A DNA stretch of 56,657 bases, taken from contig DBRC01000040.1 of assembly GCA_002305505.1 (NCBI GenBank), positions 1-56,657 on the forward strand, written 5' to 3'. Both the position numbers and the translations under genes were made by a program. Below are positions 52,698-56,657 of this stretch, one piece after another. The notes beneath the pieces are model-generated. The model saw only the letters and a program-made list of their open reading frames with translations. It was not told the DNA's origin and did no database searches. The stretch's first letter is position 1, and each line of letters opens with the position of its first letter. The DNA comes from Prevotella sp. UBA1378 (lineage in GTDB: Bacteria > Bacteroidota > Bacteroidia > Bacteroidales > Bacteroidaceae).

Positions 52698-53291
52698 ATG
52701 AAAAAAATATTTATGGGCGCAACTGCCTTCTTCTGTATGACGATCTCGAGTGTTGCACCGACCGCATGCGGTGGCGGTAGCGGCGGCGACGAACCTGTAG
52801 TGGAACCGCAGACCAGCATCCTTGGCATTTCTGCGTCATATACCGTCAGCGTGCCGGAACAGATGAGCAACCTCTGCGATTATACCGTGACCTACTACGG
52901 TAGCGGCAACAAACTGGTGACCGAGCCTGCCAGCTGGACAACAAGCAATGGTACGTCGACATGGAAGAAAACTGTTAACAGCATCATCTTTCCCACCAAG
53001 TTCGGACTGAAGCTGACCGCCAAGTTGAAAGACGGCGCAGACACCGTCAACGTCATTATAAAGAATACCTATCCTACCCTCGCCACCATCTCTTTGCTGG
53101 GCATCAACCAAGATGCAACGCTGGCATGGAGCAAGCCCGTAGACATAATAAATGGATTTACACATAGGGCACTCGCCGGCAGCAAGTTGGCTGCATGGCT
53201 CGAAACCGTAAACAACCGCGGCGGATTAGTCAATTCCAGCTACAGCTTCGACAAAGAAGGCAACATCACCAGTCTGGACAAAATCGAATAG
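52698..53291 (+). CDS. Hypothetical lipoprotein
   Basis: MKK start, TAC lipobox, Gly/acidic linker (GGGSGGDEP), beta-rich body; 20 nt after the preceding stop. Confidence 0.75.
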   Translation: MKKIFMGATAFFCMTISSVAPTACGGGSGGDEPVVEPQTSILGISASYTVSVPEQMSNLCDYTVTYYGSGNKLVTEPASWTTSNGTSTWKKTVNSIIFPTKFGLKLTAKLKDGADTVNVIIKNTYPTLATISLLGINQDATLAWSKPVDIINGFTHRALAGSKLAAWLETVNNRGGLVNSSYSFDKEGNITSLDKIE

Positions 53292-53377
53292 ACCGGAGGC
53301 GAGAAAGCTATCGCGAAGCAAAGAACGGTTTATGCAGCCAAGGATTTGCAAGGATAGCTAAGGCTTACTTAATCCCT

Positions 53378-53426
53378 AAGATTATGGGGCTCGGCACGCA
53401 TTTGTGCCGGGCCCCATAATCTTTTG
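53378..53426 (+). terminator. Intrinsic terminator closing the 49593-53291 operon
   Basis: AAGATTATGGGGCTCGGCAC-GCATTT-GTGCCGGGCCCCATAATCTT followed by TT. Confidence 0.8.
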
Positions 53427-53469
53427 CGGGAGTTATTGTTCTTACCCACTGCGGAATTCTTTCCTAAAT

Positions 53470-53549
53470 AGCAATGTAGTCATTTTATTCCAAAACCACT
53501 ACATTGCTATTTTAATTACATAATTAAATTATCGACCGACTAATATTCG
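53470..53549. repeat. 80-bp direct repeat, copy 1 (duplicated DUF2795 3' end + terminator)
   Basis: 76/80 identical to 55093-55172. Confidence 0.93.
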
Positions 53550-53653
53550 GTGGCGGATTCGACAGACTTCTTCTCCGTTCTCATTTTCTTCTTTGCGTTG
53601 GCAAAGATACACATTGATTCATACAGGGATTCAGACTTTACTTCAAAAAGGCT

Positions 53654-54694
53654 TCACATCAAAAATTTCTTTAATACAGGGATTCTGCTCAACACGAAAG
53701 AGACACAATAAGATATAATGAAAACAATAAGAGCAAAAAGCGGAATGAAATAAATGGGATTTAAGGATGCAGAATCAATGTTCCCATAATCAAATAGCAC
53801 ATTCATCACAAGAGGGTGTATTATGTAAATTCCAAGGCTCAATTTAGAGGCACTTATTAAAACGGGGTGATATTTTGGAGCTATTTGTTTGTCTTTTATT
53901 ACAACAAAAAGAGCAATAGCCTCAAAAAGTGTAAATACATTAATATACTCATAGAAGAACAAATAAGGAGCACCAACTCGACTGGAAGCAAAAAATGTCA
54001 GAGCACTAACGGCAAAAACGCTCAATATTCCGAGTATGCAAATAATCCTCTTGACCGTTTCCTTAATAGTGTTATTAGCAAGATAATGACCAAGGACAAA
54101 ATAGCCCGCATAACCTAAAGCGATTTTTATTCCAAATTCCTCATAATATTTTTCAGCAAAATCTCTGGCGATATCACTCATATAACCTATAAAAGGGAAT
54201 AGCATTGGGATAAAAAAGGCAGTTACTAACGATAGACATATAAAATACAGTTCCAACTTTTTATCGGCAACTATAACCCTCAATATCGGAACTGTAATAT
54301 AGAGTCCTATCAGCATCTTTATAAACCAAAAATGAAATGGTCCCTGAACCATTCTTCCGACTAAACCTATAAGGCCCTTCTCTCCAATCCCACTATATAC
54401 ACCATAAACAACAGACCAGAAAATAAAGATCAACACAACACGAGTAATATTATTCGCATACAAGCTCTTTATATCTATTTTCTTCTGGGTATCAAGAAAT
54501 AATGCTCCTGAAATCATTACAAAAATTGGCACAGACCATCGTACTAAAGAATCATAAAAGTTTCTTGCATCCCATTCGACTGATGGATAACAGATATCAA
54601 ATCTTTGCGCAGATGTGTGTAGCCATACTACAGCTAATGCTGCGACAACCCTTAAAACATCAAATTGAACAATTCTATTATTACTCGAGGACAT
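53654..54694 (-). CDS. Acyltransferase family 3 (OafA/WecH-like surface polysaccharide O-acyltransferase)
   Basis: FDVLRVVAALAVVWLH, RWSVPIFVMISG, HFWF, SLGIYIIH; ~10 TM helices. Confidence 0.9.
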   Translation of the reverse strand: MSSSNNRIVQFDVLRVVAALAVVWLHTSAQRFDICYPSVEWDARNFYDSLVRWSVPIFVMISGALFLDTQKKIDIKSLYANNITRVVLIFIFWSVVYGVYSGIGEKGLIGLVGRMVQGPFHFWFIKMLIGLYITVPILRVIVADKKLELYFICLSLVTAFFIPMLFPFIGYMSDIARDFAEKYYEEFGIKIALGYAGYFVLGHYLANNTIKETVKRIICILGILSVFAVSALTFFASSRVGAPYLFFYEYINVFTLFEAIALFVVIKDKQIAPKYHPVLISASKLSLGIYIIHPLVMNVLFDYGNIDSASLNPIYFIPLFALIVFIISYCVSFVLSRIPVLKKFLM

Positions 54695-55025
54695 GTTTTA
54701 TCTTTTTGCCCGCCAAACACCCATAATCGGACTGTTAAAATAAGATTCCGTTAGCTACAAAAGAAAAGCGGGGTATCTGGCTTCTGCCCATTCACATTCC
54801 GAGATCTTCCACAACCTATAGCAGTAAACAGACAGAGCGATACCCAAGGCAACGGTATATACCTACCCGCAGCATCTACCTCTGAATGCTCTTGACTGCT
54901 ATTCTTGAAGTGGAAGTTTCAGAAAGTCAAAACAAAGCGTCAGCGACGCATTTCAAAATGTAGTGCTCCCTATTTCTGCCGTTCCTACCTCCATCAAAAG
55001 TCGGCTCGGCGCGAGTTCACGCGTG

Positions 55026-55033
55026 CAAAAGTA
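55026..55033 (-). promoter_or_regulatory. -7 box (TACTTTTG) giving a ~325-nt leader before the acyltransferase
   Basis: TAnnTTTG consensus. Confidence 0.6.
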
Positions 55034-55092
55034 CAAATAATTCTGCGATTATTAACATACAAAAAGTAAAATATAGCAATATTTATTAGAAA

Positions 55093-55172
55093 AGCAATGT
55101 AGTGATTTTATTTCAAAACCACTACATTGCTATTTTAATTACATAATTAAATTGTCTACCGACTAATATTCG
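55093..55172. repeat. 80-bp direct repeat, copy 2 (native DUF2795 3' end + terminator hairpin)
   Basis: Contains the last codons and stop of DUF2795 and the hairpin AGCAATGTAGTG...CACTACATTGCT. Confidence 0.93.
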
Positions 55173-55384
55173 TCCTCGTTGAACAGGAAATCTTCCTTCG
55201 TCGGATAATCGGGCCAAATATCTTCGATGCTTTCATACACATCACCTTCGTCCTCTACTTCCTGCAGATTTTCCAATACTTCGAGTGGAGCGCCCGAACG
55301 AATTGCATAGTCGATTAATTCGTCTTTTGTTGCAGGCCATGGCGCATCTTCAAGCTTTGAAGCCAATTCTAGTGTCCAATACAT
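55163..55384 (-). CDS. DUF2795 domain-containing protein
   Basis: Highly conserved Bacteroidetes 73-aa protein MYWTLELASKLEDAPWPATKDELIDYAIRSGAP...FNEDEY; own -7 box at 55420-55427. Confidence 0.95.
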   Translation of the reverse strand: MYWTLELASKLEDAPWPATKDELIDYAIRSGAPLEVLENLQEVEDEGDVYESIEDIWPDYPTKEDFLFNEDEY

Positions 55385-55439
55385 AGCTCTTAAAATTTAT
55401 CAATTTCTGAATTTCGCCGCAAAAATAATCATTTTATTC

Positions 55440-56003
55440 TTATTCACAAGAGTTATGCCATTTTTTTTCACTTCGACCTGCAATAAAATTAAGTTTTTTA
55501 GCTAAAACATAGAAGTAATCGGATAAGCGGTTCATATATTGTTGAATTTCAGGCGACACGACAGCCTCTCCCATCAAGGCCACGACCCTGCGTTCGGCCC
55601 GCCGGCATACCGTACGGCAAACATGGGCCTGCGCAGCCGCGGGGGTTCCGCCCGGCAAAACGAATCCGTCCGCCGCAGGCAGTCCCGAAAGTAGCGCATC
55701 GATTTCTTTCTCCATCAGCTCTGTCTCGGAGATACCCAGCTTAGCCGATGCATACAAGGGCGTGCAGCTTTGGTCGGTGGCGAGATGCGTCCCGACGTTG
55801 AACAGATTGCACTGGATACGCTCGAGGATGGCTTTATCTTCCTCTTCCGTCATCATTGCAACCAGCAGACCGACACACGCATTCAATTCGTCTACCGTGC
55901 CATAGGCTTCCAGCCGTATATCCGACTTCTTTATGCGCACCCCGCCGACCAAACTGGTTGTTCCCTTATCCCCAGTCTTTGTATATACCTTTGTTATTTT
56001 CAT
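55440..56003 (-). CDS. PduO-type ATP:cob(I)alamin adenosyltransferase
   Basis: KVYTKTGDKGTTSL, EAYGTVDELN, FVLPGG, RTVCRRAERR, NRLSDYFY. Confidence 0.95.
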   Translation of the reverse strand: MKITKVYTKTGDKGTTSLVGGVRIKKSDIRLEAYGTVDELNACVGLLVAMMTEEEDKAILERIQCNLFNVGTHLATDQSCTPLYASAKLGISETELMEKEIDALLSGLPAADGFVLPGGTPAAAQAHVCRTVCRRAERRVVALMGEAVVSPEIQQYMNRLSDYFYVLAKKLNFIAGRSEKKWHNSCE

Positions 56004-56010
56004 ACGCCAG

Positions 56011-56586
56011 TTAAAAGTTAATCAGATAATTATGTTTATATCGTTTCTTGTCGAAGAATACAATGCCGGCATCATACAAATCGAACGTCAGCCCTACCCG
56101 CTCGTCTTGCTGTACTGAGCGCCAAAAAGCTTTCGCCTGCTTGTCGCAGTAGATACCTTCAAGTATCAGCAACGTATTTTCATCCGCCACCGATACCACT
56201 TGTTCGAAGAGCAAGTGGCATTCTGCCGTTAAAGGCAGGCGCACCATCTCGGCGGCACTACCGTCGCGGGGCAACTGCTGCCGCACTGTCGAGCGCCGGC
56301 ATCCGGCCTGAATATAACGCGTGTAGGCCGGCACAGTGGGCAGCAAATCGATAACGACTGCCGGTTTCCTGAAGTTGGCCAGCCTGAAATACAATTCGCA
56401 CAGCTTCCTTGTCCTCCTGCCAATTCCCGGCATTTCCGCCGCCAAATCGGCATACGCATAATACGGATAACGCTCATTGACAACATACCTGACAAACCGG
56501 TAGTCAGAAGGCGATTGCACGCCAAAGCCCCTGCAATGGCGGATCCGTCTGAGCCAAACAAGCATTCTGACAATAGCAGTATACAT
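56011..56586 (-). CDS. Conserved hypothetical protein (degenerate methyltransferase-like)
   Basis: RGFGVQSP..Y.FV..V and TFDLYDAGIVFF....YLINF motifs common in Bacteroidales; start uncertain (56586 or 56565). Confidence 0.75.
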   Translation of the reverse strand: MYTAIVRMLVWLRRIRHCRGFGVQSPSDYRFVRYVVNERYPYYAYADLAAEMPGIGRRTRKLCELYFRLANFRKPAVVIDLLPTVPAYTRYIQAGCRRSTVRQQLPRDGSAAEMVRLPLTAECHLLFEQVVSVADENTLLILEGIYCDKQAKAFWRSVQQDERVGLTFDLYDAGIVFFDKKRYKHNYLINF

Positions 56587-56657
56587 AATAAGAGCGGTTA
56601 ATCCGTTTGTAAATCGTAAAGAATAACGCAAAAAATGCACTTTTCGTATATGACGCG

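Larger units (their letters stand above)
53470..55172. mobile_element. Integrated cassette (att-like duplication) carrying an acyltransferase; no integrase retained
   Basis: AT-rich 1.6-kb segment bounded by 80-bp direct repeats that restore the 3' end of DUF2795. Confidence 0.6.

Overview
This window looks like chromosomal DNA from a Prevotellaceae/Bacteroidales bacterium: it has TAnnTTTG promoters, a SusC/SusD pair and type IX secretion genes. A GC-rich housekeeping backbone (tig-clpP-clpX-recQ-guaB-two PPIases-OstA-like; uxs; waaA-gltX; 7TM-HD; fadL-like; priA; porP-K-L-M-N; DUF2795-pduO) is interrupted by four accessory blocks. (1) A compact pectin PUL: a kinase-less propeller/AraC sensor, SusC, SusD and a CE8 pectin methylesterase. 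(2) An AT-rich Rhs toxin gene, 5'-truncated and frameshifted, with a GIY-YIG nuclease tip. Its Imm26-like immunity gene is intact and has its own promoter, and the block is bracketed by palindromic repeats. (3) A divergently regulated locus next to the T9SS operon. It encodes a membrane-anchored AraC sensor, a small TM protein, a CsgG/FlgT-like exported protein, a lipoprotein with a leukocidin/hemolysin-type beta-pore-forming signature and a second lipoprotein; four boxes with an exact 21-bp period lie between the divergent promoters. This is the best candidate for an undescribed system. (4) A 1.6-kb acyltransferase-3 cassette flanked by an 80-bp direct repeat of the DUF2795 3' end and terminator, with a long structured 5' leader. 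A promoter-to-terminator sRNA candidate lies at ~24540-24669. I saw no tRNA, rRNA, CRISPR array, integrase or transposase. All family calls come from motif recognition by eye, not from database searches.
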